Notes: generated by a model not told the origin, from the letters alone. 63,986 nt of DNA, filler included, from Reticulomyxa filosa (GCA_000512085.1; 22 parts of 22 records of this genome joined end to end with filler, not necessarily neighbours in it); one strand, 5' to 3'. Counted from the first letter of the whole stretch, positions 11,064 to 23,694 are shown. Numbers and translations: made by a program.

Positions 11064-12401
11064 ACAAGACAGGAAAAAAAGTAACTGGCGTGTTTGGACT
11101 GTGAGCATCCCTTTTCTCAACAATAACAACGCATTTGAAATTTTCATGAACATGGCAATCTCTAGTTTCAGTTCCCAACGCCACTCGACAATACATGTTC
11201 CCTTTTATGTGTTTATTTATGTCTGTTTGCAAAGATTGATATAAAACAAAATAAATAAAGTAGAATCTGTACCTGAAGGTTTTTGTTGGTATCTTTGATT
11301 CAACATATCATAAAGACTTTCATGAATGCTGTTCAAATTACTTAAAATAACAGTCTTTCCAGTATGCATACACTCAATAATTTTATTTAATTGATTGTAG
11401 TTGGTAATATTAGAATAGGTATCATAGACAAAAGAACTTCCAAAAAAAAACATATGGTTGTAATTTAAAATATTGTATTCCAAAAGTAATTGCCAAGAAT
11501 AGTGGTTTTCACTTATAACCATACAATGCCTTGTGACTGTCAAATCATCTGGTGATTGGGTGCATTTCTTCTCCATTAAATTTTTTTGTATACACATGAC
11601 AGGGGGCAAGATTTCGAATTGTTCAAACACTTCCTTTTTTGTCAGGCGCAATGTTTCTGATAAAATTTGACATAATTCTTCTCTGGATTTACTTTGGTCA
11701 AGCCCACCAAAATTGCGAAGATATCCTTGCAATGATTTTTTTTGGACTGGTTCAGAAAGAGTAGCTTGATGCTTCACCAGTGCATAAAAATCACGTGTTC
11801 CAAAGAAATCCTTATTTCCATTGGGATGGAATGCATTTTTTTGGCAGCGAGTTACCTCTTTATACACTGTTGTTATTTTTTCAATGTCTCGATCAGAAAA
11901 AATATTATTTGACCGAAAAACAATGGATTTTGCAGTGGTAATCAAATCATTGTCATTCATGGGAGGAATGAAATGTATAACCATTCGATTCATCTTTGCA
12001 GCATCCAAATTCCAATTGGAAATACCAACAAATGGAATGTTTGGATTTTCGAGTAATTGGTGTAATATTTTCAAAGGATTATGAGGTGATTGTTCTGCCA
12101 AACCAATTTCATCAAATACCAACAATGTGGTGGTTTTTTCATATTTAGCGTATCTTTCCGTTTGATCCCATATTTCTTTGATCGCACTTGGTTTGCAATC
12201 TCTCGTGCCTTGGAAGGAACTGCAACGGAAGGATTTTACATTAAAATCAAATCCATTTTCTTTCAACCTTATACGAAACTTTTCGATATCACGATAGGAT
12301 AAATCATCAAGCATAATTTGCAAAGATAAAGTTTTGGAAGTGCCAGGTTTTCCAACTAGTATCATGGGAGTGGCCGTGACAATGCAAAAAAATAAGACAA
12401 A
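11064..12401 (-). CDS. RNF213/mysterin-like AAA+ ATPase, internal fragment
   Basis: Walker A GKPGTSKT, Walker B LLVFDEIGLAEQSPHNPLKILHQLLE, FVGISNWNLDAAKMNR, FFGTRDFY, RNFGG, LYDMLNQRY and YCRVALG. Intron 11202-11272. Confidence 0.88.
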
Positions 12402-13494
12402 NNNNNNNNNNNNNNNNNNNNNNNNNNNNNNNNNNNNNNNNNNNNTTAATTAATTAANNNNNNNNNNNNNNNNNNNNNNNNNNNNNNNNNNNNNNNNNNN
12501 NAAAGTTTAAATTAAATTGTCATTTGTTTTTGTGTTTACAATAACTAGTATATGGTCCACTTGTGATGTAGATGATGGAACCGCAAATTGAGAAGAAGAA
12601 GAAGAAGAAGGGGATTCCACATTGAAACAATGACAATTACCTGCCCAAGACAAAGCGACGACTCAATACATTGAACAATGGCCAAGTCATTGTATTTAAT
12701 GTGAATAAAAGTGAGTCCATAAATACTGCCTTTCTCGATTGTTATTTCCATTATTATTTCTATGTGCTCTTTTTCGTCGCTATTATTGTAATGTGCATTT
12801 GAGATGACGTTGATGCCATGGTGTAGTTTTGGAATCACAGTTGTATCAACTATCTTATCTATCTCATTCTTCGCTGGTTGCATTACCGTTGTTATCATCA
12901 AGGCCAATCTTTATCGCAAAGCGTGTTATGGCTGCGCCAGTGGAAGCAAAGCAAGACTTATCAACATTGCAACAATATACATATTTGGCGATATTGTCTG
13001 CCTGGTCTCTTCAATGATATAGCAAATTCAACACATTGATTTGTCTTTTGTTTTGTTCTGCTTATTCTACTGTAATTCGTTTCATTGTGTGATTTGTTAC
13101 TGCCATTGTAATACAAATGTATTGTAATCTAATAATTGTTGTTGTTTTTAGTGCAATTGTATTTTTATATCTAAAAAAGCAATTCAAATAAGATCCAAAT
13201 TTTACTACTTCTTGCATTCTTTTCTGTTGATCCAAAGTGTTTCCTCATTGGAGAGTTCGTTTGTGCATTCATTTTTCTGTTTCCCCAAACTTTTGCGACG
13301 AATAATATTATTTGGAAAAAAAAAAAGACAGCATCTTTTTCTTTTTTGAAAATAATGAAAGCGAATGATAGTTATTCTTTTTTTCCCAATGTTTTTAATT
13401 AATTTGATTTTCTAAAAAAAGAATATTCACAACAAATCAGCATATTTCAACCAGTGTTTATAAAATGTACAAAGTGCACTACAAAAAAAATCAT

Positions 13495-14096
13495 CTAGAA
13501 TATATATACGTACAAGACCATAACTAATTCCAAAAAAAAAAAAAGGGTGTAAGCAATGACCAAAGTAGTAACCGGTTGTAATGTAGTCTTAGTGCTGCTG
13601 AAGTATATCAAAAACTAATTAGATGGCCAGTCATATGTTCTTGTGAAATGAGATTGTAATGGAATACTTCTGAGTAACATCTTCAATCCGTATCCATAAT
13701 ACGCTATCCGAAAATGCGTGATATTTGCATGGTCGAAATAAAGCTCATCAAAGTCTAAATAAATTGACTGATTCCAATATAATGTACTTATATCACAACG
13801 ATAGGCCAGTGAGTTATTATGGAACACTACATTATATGTGAGTGTAGATATGCTCGTAATTCTTTCAGTTCGCTATCTACTAACAACACCTTGTTATGAG
13901 TGTCCACGTTGTGTCGGTTTGCTGGCACCTTCATATACGTCCAGCCTTCTGTTGAACAGTTTAGCATTTGATTGCACTCAATGCAAGGGTCGTCTGACGG
14001 ACATATGCTCGTGTCGCCAGTCATTGCCAATGTCGTCCACACAACCAAAGTGCTACACCATAACGCCCACCACAATGACACGATCTTTTTCAGCAT
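13495..14096 (-). pseudogene. Putative secreted/surface protein (signal peptide, Cys-rich N-terminus, hydrophobic C-terminus), disrupted
   Basis: MLKKIVSLWWALWCSTLVVWTTLA signal, CPSDDPCIECNQMLNC, frameshift near 13862, in-frame TAG at 13615-13617, then a hydrophobic tail. Confidence 0.45.
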
Positions 14097-15905
14097 TTTA
14101 TTTTGTTGGTTCTTCAATAACTGTCTGTGCTTTAAGATTATCGATTACAACATCAAAAAAACTTTTTCATGACCCGTTCTGCTGTCACTGACACCATCGT
14201 CGTCCAAAAAAAAAAGACTGTTCAATTTGTTTCAAAATTACCAAACTATTCATTAATTTTTTAAAAAATTATTTTAACTTCAAATTATAATTTACGTTGC
14301 TTTGGCGAACTTTTTTCTCCCCCTTCATGTTTATGGGCATGATAATCTTTTCTCTTATACAATAAAGAAGAGAGATTTGCATAACGTGCTAACGCTTTAT
14401 TCAATTGCATGCTTACCTTGTTGTTTATCCAGCTAACGTGGCCTGACAGCCTGTCAGCGTCAGTGATTGTCTCCCGTATGATGCGCTCTTGGCGCCCAAT
14501 GTGGTGCACGAGTATCAAATCTTCAAAAACAGAGAATTCAATGAAGACACTAATCCCGACAGCACCTTCAAAGGAAGAATTCGCTCACTTGATCGAGCTG
14601 ATCATTGCAATGGCCGATCGCAAATTTGGAATGTATTGTCGAAAAGATCGATGGAATAATGCTTCGACCCCCAAACGCATGGACCCTACTTTATCAAAGT
14701 CGTGGCCATAATTGGAGTTGGTTGGTTAGACAATGATATTCGAGAGTCAAGTTTTTCACTTTTTTTGAGAAATCTTGACGAACATGTCAAAGTTCGGTGA
14801 ATTTTTGCTTGATTCAACGAACATTTTTCTCTTGCGAAGCTTGTCTCAGCTCGATTAGATTTATTAAAGAGCGACATCAAATGACAGTTTGCTGAAACGC
14901 GGAGACGACGACAAGCGTATTTAGAGCTGCAAAGGTATCTTTTTTTGGATGGATTTTTCATCTTGTTCACTTGTCTACAAGTCAAAATGCAACTAATCAA
15001 TTTTTTTTAGTTGATCTATTTTCTCACCCAATCAAAAAAAAAAAGAATAAAGTGTAAAACGATTGTGATATTCACAAACACATACACAGACATAAATTTG
15101 ATTATATTAAAGATGGGGAAATGTTAAGTAAGCATTTTTGCATGCATGGAGACTCCGAACATTTTTTTTTGGAAATCGTTGACGCATTGACTGTGGCCGC
15201 TTTTTCCATTTTTTTTTTTAATTGGAGATCATGCTTTTTTTTGATTTGAAAAAGATCAATTGTATTTCCAATCAACTTACCATTTCTATAGTTTACCACA
15301 AACTTTTTCTCATTTTTGTCTTAGAGTGGCTTTTTGCTCATTGAATGTCCTTCCGTTTCAGTGTGCCCAGTAGAAGTGAAGCGAGTAAACGGAGGAGAAA
15401 ATATTGAGTAAAAAGCTTTGGTTATTCAGACAACACGAAATCGTCATTAGTGTTGATGGCGCTGCATGTACTAAATGTATTCATTGTGATGTTAAACCCA
15501 AATGAGATGAATACAAGTGGGATAAACAAAAAATACAATCTTTATGACCAACCATCAAACTGTCTAACAACACAAATTTAATGACATTGACCCAGATTTC
15601 TATCTTTTCTTGCGTTTTCCTTTGTTCCTGCAGTTGAAAACATCTTTAACCTCCAAGTATTTTCTCCTTGAAGAGTTGGTTTGTGAATTTATTTTTCTAT
15701 CTCAGCAAACTTTTGCGATGAATGATGCTAACTTGAAAAAAAAGACAAAATCTTTGTCTTTTCACTTTTGTTATTTTAAAAAAAGAAAAGAAGACATTAG
15801 CTCTTCTTTAATTCAAAAACATTGTGAAAAAAAAAATAAATGAACAAATGAACTCCAACAATAAAATGCAAAAAGATCACGCAAACAAAAAAAATTATTT
15901 ATCAA

Positions 15906-16328
15906 TCACCTAGAACACAGATTACAAAAAAGTATAGTAAGGAGCAAAGTGACTATAAGTAGTGGTAACCGGCTGTGGTGTGATCTCAGTGCCATCAAGG
16001 TATAGCAAGACGGTCCATACATGAGTTCTTGTGGAGATTTCGAATATGTACTGCGCCATTCCATTGACAAAGATGATGAAGGACATCTATCCAAGGGGTC
16101 TCACACGGCGGCAAGTGACAGTTCTTCAATTCTTATTCGTCGATGACGAGATTGTATCACTTTTGGCCTACGTATACTTGCTGATCAGGGAATCACTTAC
16201 GCCTGCGAAAATGCATGTGATGTGCATGACCAGAATAAAGCATCGCAAAAATCCAAACAACTTGGTCATGTTCGAGTACCATGTTTGATGCCACAAGGAT
16301 AAGTCAGTGTGTTGTTGTATTGAATACT
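15906..16328 (-). pseudogene. Degenerate tandem paralogue of the 13495-14096 gene
   Basis: Visible DNA and protein similarity: YNNTLTYPCGI vs HNNSLAYRCDI, and TRTHVWTVLLYLDGTEITPQPVTT vs TRTYDW..FLIYFSSTKTTLQPVTT. Confidence 0.55.
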
Positions 16329-16428
16329 NNNNNNNNNNNNNNNNNNNNNNNNNNNNNNNNNNNNNNNNNNNNTTAATTAATTAANNNNNNNNNNNNNNNN
16401 NNNNNNNNNNNNNNNNNNNNNNNNNNNN

Positions 16429-16728
16429 ATGTGGGTATGTTTTATTCACTTCTCCCTTTTTTTTTTTTTTTTTAACCCCCTTTTTTTTTTTTTTTTTTTG
16501 TTTTACGTAACGGTGGGATCATATTCATCCAAAAAGTTCCCAGAAACCAAACGAATTGTCAAAGCGGACTTACCAACACCACCTTTGCAAAAAAAAATAA
16601 ATTTTTTTTGGTCTTTGTTGTTCGGCTCGTTATAAAGAGACCCTCTCTTTTCCTTTTCTTTCTCCGCTGTCACACACACCTCCACCCATGACAACCATTT
16701 TATATTCCTTTTCTTCATTCTTGGCCAT
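16429..16728 (-). CDS. Ras-family small GTPase (3'-partial)
   Basis: Spliced [40 protein letters not shown] contains the G1 box and Ras effector motif YDPT. Confidence 0.9.
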
Positions 16729-17989
16729 TTTTTATGTTTATTTTATTCCTGACCAAAAGGTCTATTACCAAAATGGAACTTTTCTTGTGGTTGAAAAAAT
16801 TCCGAGGTCAAACGAAACTTAAAAAAAAAGTGGAAGGCAAAATCTCTGTTTATAATCTTAGAAGATGACACTATTTTACGACCCGCTTAACTCTTTCTTT
16901 TCGCAATTTCTGTTTTTTTTATTGACCTTTCAAAATAGAATTAAGAGAATTAAAAAAATTTACTAGTTATCCGAGTTTGCAACTTTTATTCATGTATTTT
17001 TCTATGATAAATCTGGAAAATACAATTTATCAATTTATTTGATCAAACAAGCACAACTAATAAGTTTTTAATTTCAAGTCAAAAAATTACGTTTTATAAA
17101 AAGTGCGATGCATGTGCCGATTTTTATTGTACCCATATATATATTTATACTTAAAATATTATTTCCGATTTGAAAATATTGTTTCATAATGCAATTATAT
17201 TTCATTTAATATACTAATTTAATTATATAAATAGATAGTTTAATCAAACAATTAAAAATATATACACTTATTATTGCACGTTCAAAACACTTTTTTTAAA
17301 AAAATTTTTAACAATCTTTTATTCTTTACAAGTTGGTTTATTTTAAAAAAAGATTAATTTTCAGTTTTGCCATAATATTTTTTATCTTGTTATTAATCGG
17401 AAATGTAGATGTAATTTCCCAATAAAAAACATATTCGTAGTAATTAGTAAATACGGTGACATAGGAAACAAAACACGCTCTCAAAATTTGTGAGAATAGA
17501 CGTAAATATGCTAAACTTCTAACAAGATTATGTTGTTCCAATTTGTAAAACTATCACATAATTGTGCATTGCAAAAAATGCTTGCAATATCAATTGTAGC
17601 AATTGGGTTTTTCTATCAACGTAAGGCGATGATATATATATGGTTTAACCTTCAAATGTACTTCAAGATTGCCATAGCAAAACAAACAAAGAGAAATCGG
17701 AAAGGATTTTGGAGTGAGTGAATCCATAGTTTTTTTTTTTTTTTTGCAAAAAAAAAACTTTCTGAGTATGTAGAAGGGTATGCTAATAAAAAAAAAAAAA
17801 GGACTAAGTGATGATGGTGAAATTGAAAGCAACGAACAAGATTCTATATTGATGTATAAGGAATGAAGGTGAAAGCACAGAATAAAAAAACAACAACAAC
17901 AACAGCAAAAAAAAAAGAATCACAGCCGCAACACTACTGAACAAAGTGAAATAAGACAAAGCAAGCAAGCGAGCAAGCGCGAAGAGGAA

Positions 17990-18304
17990 TTAGTCCAAAT
18001 CGCTTTCGCTGGTGTGGTCACTGTAGTGAGAATCGCTCGAGCGTCGTTTGCGAGTTCCCTTGGAAGCTTTGTCTTTGTGTTCACTCGACTGGCTATCACT
18101 TTCGGAGCTGCTTTCGTTCCACCGTCTCGGCTTGTGATAAATGCAGCACTTTTTTGACTTTTTCTTGTTCATAAACTCGTTATCGACGACCGAGTCATCC
18201 CACGTCACATGTTTCTCATTGCTCGAGTTAGCGTCAGTTGTCCCCGTTTCACGCATGGGCGCGGGTTCAACTGGTGGCGTTTCTACTGTTTTCTCTTCCG
18301 TCAT
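17990..18304 (-). CDS. PPP1R11: Protein phosphatase 1 inhibitor-3 (PPP1R11/Ypi1 family)
   Basis: KHVTWDDSVVDNEFMNKKKSKKCCIYHKPR..ESSSESDS has the RVxW-type PP1 motif and the CCIY motif. A possible upstream exon exists (see findings). Confidence 0.9.
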   Translation of the reverse strand: MTEEKTVETPPVEPAPMRETGTTDANSSNEKHVTWDDSVVDNEFMNKKKSKKCCIYHKPRRWNESSSESDSQSSEHKDKASKGTRKRRSSDSHYSDHTSESDLD

Positions 18305-18348
18305 TGTTTGGACAGCTTTTATCCAACACACAATACAATACAATATAT

Positions 18349-18391
<43 letters not shown>

Positions 18392-18763
18392 GTATATATA
18401 ATATATTGTATATATATATATGTATATATATATTTAAAACAAAACAAGATGATTGCACGGTTTGATCATTTTTTTTAGGATTTTGGATTTTTTTAAATTT
18501 GGTTTTGTGGTGGTGCACTTTTTTTTATGGTGATGATTGTCGCTACTGCGGTGGTGATTTTCGTGATCATGGTCATGACCGTGATCATGGTCGTGATGGN
18601 NNNNNNNNNNNNNNNNNNNNNNNNNNNNNNNNNNNNNNNNNNNTTAATTAATTAANNNNNNNNNNNNNNNNNNNNNNNNNNNNNNNNNNNNNNNNNNNNT
18701 GTGTGTGTGTGTGTATATATCTTCAAAAGATATCCAAAAAAATATTGATACAATGTTAATCAG

Positions 18764-19224
18764 ACGCCAACGAAACTGTGATCACCAAATTAAACGGAGT
18801 CCAAATATTAACTCGTGCAGTGGAACGTAACAATCGCAAAGTCAACTTGACAAAAGACGTAAACGAAATCACTCTCTTTCTCCAAACGATACCCGATCGC
18901 GAAGTTGTGACGATGCAAGTTGCACGCCATTTGACATTGGCCGTACCTTACAAACACTTTATTGTCGGAAAATATCGTCCTTCACATATGATGCCATCCT
19001 TTGCAACATATGCCAACCACAACCTCGATCATCCTTTTGTCGTCCTCGATTTGTTTGCCACGAAACTACTCGAAGAATGGATTGGCTCCATATGCAACTC
19101 TCTTGCCAAAGCTGCAAACTTGAGAATCGCTTTCGAAGATGACGTTCTCGCCCAAGTCAAGCCATCCAACGCGGCGAGATTGATTGTAAATTTTGTGTGG
19201 GGTTTGGATGTTGTTGATATGTGA
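18764..19224 (+). CDS. Hypothetical protein, last exon
   Basis: About 150 open codons of coding-like composition after an AG acceptor; no family recognised. Confidence 0.5.
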
Positions 19225-20011
19225 ACTTGGAAAGGAAAAAAATAGGATTTTTTTAAAATTTTAAAGAGTTTTGCTCCTGTGATGAATTGAAATTAGAAAT
19301 AATCAGTTACAAATATGGGTTTATCTAATTAATGAATATTTTGTTATAATTAAACCTTTTTGTTCTAAAATGTTTAAAAAAAATTGCATTTAGTATGACA
19401 TGGAGCTCCCTTTTTTTTTTAACAAATATGTCCCACTCGATAATATTCAATATCCAAATCCGAATTTGTACCATCTTGAAGTCTTTGCATTTGCGTAAGG
19501 CACGATTTCGTGTCAATGGGCGTCGTTTGACCATCTATTATTTGCTTATTTCATTTCTTAGTAGTTGTGTGTTTTTGTTGGTTTTGTAAAAATTTCATAT
19601 ATTTGATAAAAAGAAAAAAATTACTGTTAATTGTTCACAAATGTGTATGTTTTTTATCAAATATTATAAATATTTTATAAGACCATGCAATATCTTTCTT
19701 TTTAATTTTTATATAATAGTGATAATTCAAACATCACTGTAATTAACACATTTTTCATCCACTTGGCCATGTTTTACTTTTATGTTATCGAATTCAAAAG
19801 TGGCAATAACAACTTTCAAACATTTTTGAACACATGTTTAAAAATAATGTTGGTGACAATCCAGAAATGACAACACTCATTTAAAACATTCTATTTTCTG
19901 CTTTTCCAACAAAGCTCACAATCAAAAGCAATCGACATTACTTTTCAAAAGCCCTTTCTGTTTTTCAGTTTTTGCCATTTTGATTATTGCAAGACAAAAA
20001 AAAACTAGATA

Positions 20012-21548
20012 ATGGCCCAACAAAACGGAGCTGATATAGGGCGTCGCGATTCGTCTTTGACTGTGAAGAAAGACATGATAATTCGGCACGTACACGGAGC
20101 ACAAATCCGAGCGAACCCCTCGAACCACCAGTACATAGACCACAAAGGAGGAGAAGGAGATTGGAGTAAATGGAGTATTCATTATGAAGACAGCAATAAA
20201 GTGGTACGCCAAAGTGTTAAAATAAAATGAATGAAGTGAAAACAGGAGGAAGAGGCAAGGGTAGGATGAGAGCACCACAAAAAAAAAAAAAACAAACACA
20301 TTCGGGAAAAAAAAAAAAAAAAGGCACTGATACAAAACCAAAAAACTCGCAAATATCTGACAATTGACAAAAAAGCAACTGAATTTTTGGCGAATGGTGA
20401 AGGTACTGGCGTGTATTGCCGCTTCAAGATTCATCATAATAACGAAGGTCAAATACAATTGGAATCGATGGCTTATCCAGGTTATATATGTATACACATA
20501 TATGTGTATGTATATGTGTATATGCATATATATGTATGTATATGCATAATATATACGTACGTATACGGTATGTATATGTAAAGACAATGAACAATGACCT
20601 ACGTTCATGGTCGAAAAATGAAATACAAAAGGGCTCTATTTGTCGGTGCGATCTCACGAAGGGGTGGTAATTGAAACGCAGGCCAATGTGAGCGGGAATT
20701 ACTTTCACATATTGACACATGGGGTGAGAGAGGATGACACATGTTTTACGCAGCCCTATCAGTTCCAACATGAGAACATTGTGATCATCCGTCACCCTCA
20801 CAACGCCGGCATCGCGGTCATCCAAGGCAAACTGTCGGACAAAGGTACCAAAGACACACACTCGCACTGGCTCGCCATTCCCCAATTGTCTCCACATCCC
20901 CATTCCAATCCCTCTTCACAGCCATCGCAATCATCGTCTGCTGAAAAGTCGATTGTTGCTGATGTCGATATCAAAGATGGACCAAAAAAACTGGATATTA
21001 CAACCAGTGACAATACTCAAAAAAGCGATCACAAAACCAATGAACTTTTGGATCATAATAACAACAATAATAATAACAATCACAATACCGCAAAGGTTGT
21101 CAGTGGAGACAAAAATGTTGTTTCCAAAAATTCAAATGATGACAAAAAAACTACTTCTATCGTTGAAGAAAAACATGCTGATTTTATTCAAACTGTTAAG
21201 TTCAATCTTTTTTTTTTTAAACTTTTCAAGGAGCTAAAAAAAAAAAAAAAAAACTTGAAATGAATAAAACATTCCCTCGTCTCCTCTTGCCCTTTTGCAT
21301 CACTTTAGATAAAACTACGACACGAACACACTCAAAAATATCTGGCAATTAATGAGGCCAGGGAAATTGAATTAATAAACACTGACACGGACTATGCCTT
21401 GTTTAAGGTGCATGTCATCACCAAACCAAATGTAGTCAAACTTGAATCGTGGAAAGTCAGTGGAGCGTTCATTGATGTCAAAGAAGGGGGCATCATGGTA
21501 GGGAAAGGGGGGCCCCATTCGCAAGTGACAATTTTGAGAAAGCAGTAG
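20012..21548 (+). CDS. Protein with two beta-trefoil/fascin-like domains and a low-complexity insert
   Basis: Repeated IIRH.H and G.GG/G.G..W/F.(I/V)H..LES units. Introns include 20481-20631 and 21195-21308. The last exon ends GKGGPHSQVTILRKQ*. The fold is inferred. Confidence 0.55.
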
Positions 21549-22532
21549 TAAGTATCGCTTTCACAATTTTTTTAAAATTTTCTTTTTTGCTTCTCACTTT
21601 CCATTTTTCGTCATCGGCTGTGTATAGAACATCGCAATTTAAAAACAAAAGAAAAGTTGAAGATTTCGCTTTGATTTGTAAAATACTTGAAATTACTTTT
21701 TTTATCCATGCTATCTTCTAAATATCCTTAAAAACATTGAAACATTATCAAACAGCGCTCATATCTTTTTTTATCCTTTTTTTCTCATCCTTAGTATTTG
21801 CACGTAATATTCTCTCATTATATACAACTATTCTTATCCATAATGCGAAAGAGCTACTCAAGTTTTTGTTGGTTGTTCAGTTATTAGAATTTTGTTCCAG
21901 TTTAAGATACGTGACTAGTATTGTGCAAAAGATTAACACAGAATAATGAACAGTTCATGCTCCTTTTTGTTACATATAACTTTAATCAGCGTACTATCTA
22001 TACATTTTGACGACACTTCACCCTTGACAAAATATTTAGAAAGTGCTAATAAAAAATAAGTTTATGTAACACTTACTACAGTATAATTGTAATACAATCA
22101 TTATTGACAAACCAAATGTAAGAAGCGCTTAATTCTTTTAAATCGTATTTAGAGTACATCTCATTATATCGCACTACAATCCTTAGCTAGTTTCTCTATA
22201 TGCAATTTTAAATGTAATGAAGACACAACAGTTCAATAAGTAAACTATATCAATTTTATGTTTATGTTTTTATACGATTTGCAAGAAAATGTGATATTCA
22301 ATTTCCGTGATTGCAGACACAAATTACTATGCTTCAATACACATTAATGAAAAGAAAAATTTCTGTAACAGCAAACGAAAAAAAATTTAAAGATTTTGAC
22401 ACAGTCAAGTTTTGAGTTTTTTGCCTGATTTTNNNNNNNNNNNNNNNNNNNNNNNNNNNNNNNNNNNNNNNNNNNNTTAATTAATTAANNNNNNNNNNNN
22501 NNNNNNNNNNNNNNNNNNNNNNNNNNNNNNNN

Positions 22533-22543
22533 AAAAAAAAAAA

Positions 22544-22576
<33 letters not shown>

Positions 22577-23275
22577 AACCAAACCAAAAATAATTGGAGC
22601 GATAATCTTGGGAACAAGCAAAAGTCTATCAATGGTCATTCGCAGGTTGATCAGCCGACTGTCGTCATGCCCGCTAAGTATGACCCACCAGTCTTGTTCA
22701 ATCACCAGCCTTATGCAAGCACTCATCGACTGCGCAATAATCGCCGTCACCAACAACTCAACCAACAGTAACCAAACTCGATAATCGTCAGTGTTGTTGC
22801 TTTCTGACACACACACACACACACGCGTACATATATAAATAAATATGTATATATTTATTTATATATGTAGTTACTACAATGTATGCATACTGCTGATAAG
22901 GATGTACCTCTCAATTAATTAATTTTAAAAAAAAAAAAAAAAATGTTTGTTGCAAGACGAATAAACTTACTCCAATCAGTTGTTAAAGTATGCGTCAGGT
23001 ATAAACATGCGACGCTGATAATAATGCACGCACTACGCATACACAACGCGATGTGAACGCCTCTTGGCCGGTTTTTGCTTTTTTCGATCCAACACTCTAC
23101 CCATGGCGTTGGTGTCAACTGTCCAAATAATATCCCAAAAGTTAACACGGCTTGTGGCAAGAGCGTGTCCTCGGAAAGATAGGTCAGCAATATTGTTACT
23201 CCAAACAACCAGAGTTGCTCTCCAAACTCATGGATCATGTAATGGACGTACAGTGCCCACAATCCATCACTGAGT
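22533..23275 (-). CDS. Ferroportin (SLC40/FPN1)-like transporter, partial
   Basis: LYVHYMIHEFGEQLWLFGVTILL..TLLPQAV resembles TM1-2, and VIEQDWWVILSG..LINLRMTIDRL..IIAPIIFG resembles TM4-5. Intron 22804-22958. 5' exons unresolved. Confidence 0.75.
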
Positions 23276-23694
23276 CTTTTTCACACACCCCAAAGCACAC
23301 TACGTCTATGTAGAAGCAAACCAACTTTTGTTGTTTGCTTTTTGTGTTTAAATGTATACAAGAAGATATTTTACTTGTTTTCAAACACAAAAGAATCATC
23401 TGGACCCAAATCAACATACATATTCCTACTTTTGCTCTTTGTTTGTCCCTCCTTTTTTTTTAATTACAAACTTTCACTTGTCCTCCAGGTGTAGTGGTTG
23501 AAGAAAGGGTGTAAATTTTATTTTGTCTTTCAGGGTAAAGCGATTTTTACCTGGTTGGTAATATTCGACTGACATGTCATCACTATGGAGTACTTTCGCT
23601 TCTAACATTTGTATTTATCATACTAGACTATTATATTGTCAAATTTTACGTGTGGTGCAAGATTTGAAATCTGGAGTCGATTTTTGTTTAGAAA

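Noticed and set aside
12545-13022. Overlapping 62-120 aa ORFs as a GPCR-like gene
   Set aside because: No frame gives a consistent gene or motif, and the strand could not be determined.
14285-15400. Coding-like minus-strand segment
   Set aside because: Multiple stops in all frames; no consistent splice model or recognisable domain.
19922-20608. 228-aa minus-strand ORF and similar YIYI/poly-Ile ORFs (e.g. 52749-53092, 57740-58358)
   Set aside because: Antisense or off-frame read-through of microsatellites and of real plus-strand genes.
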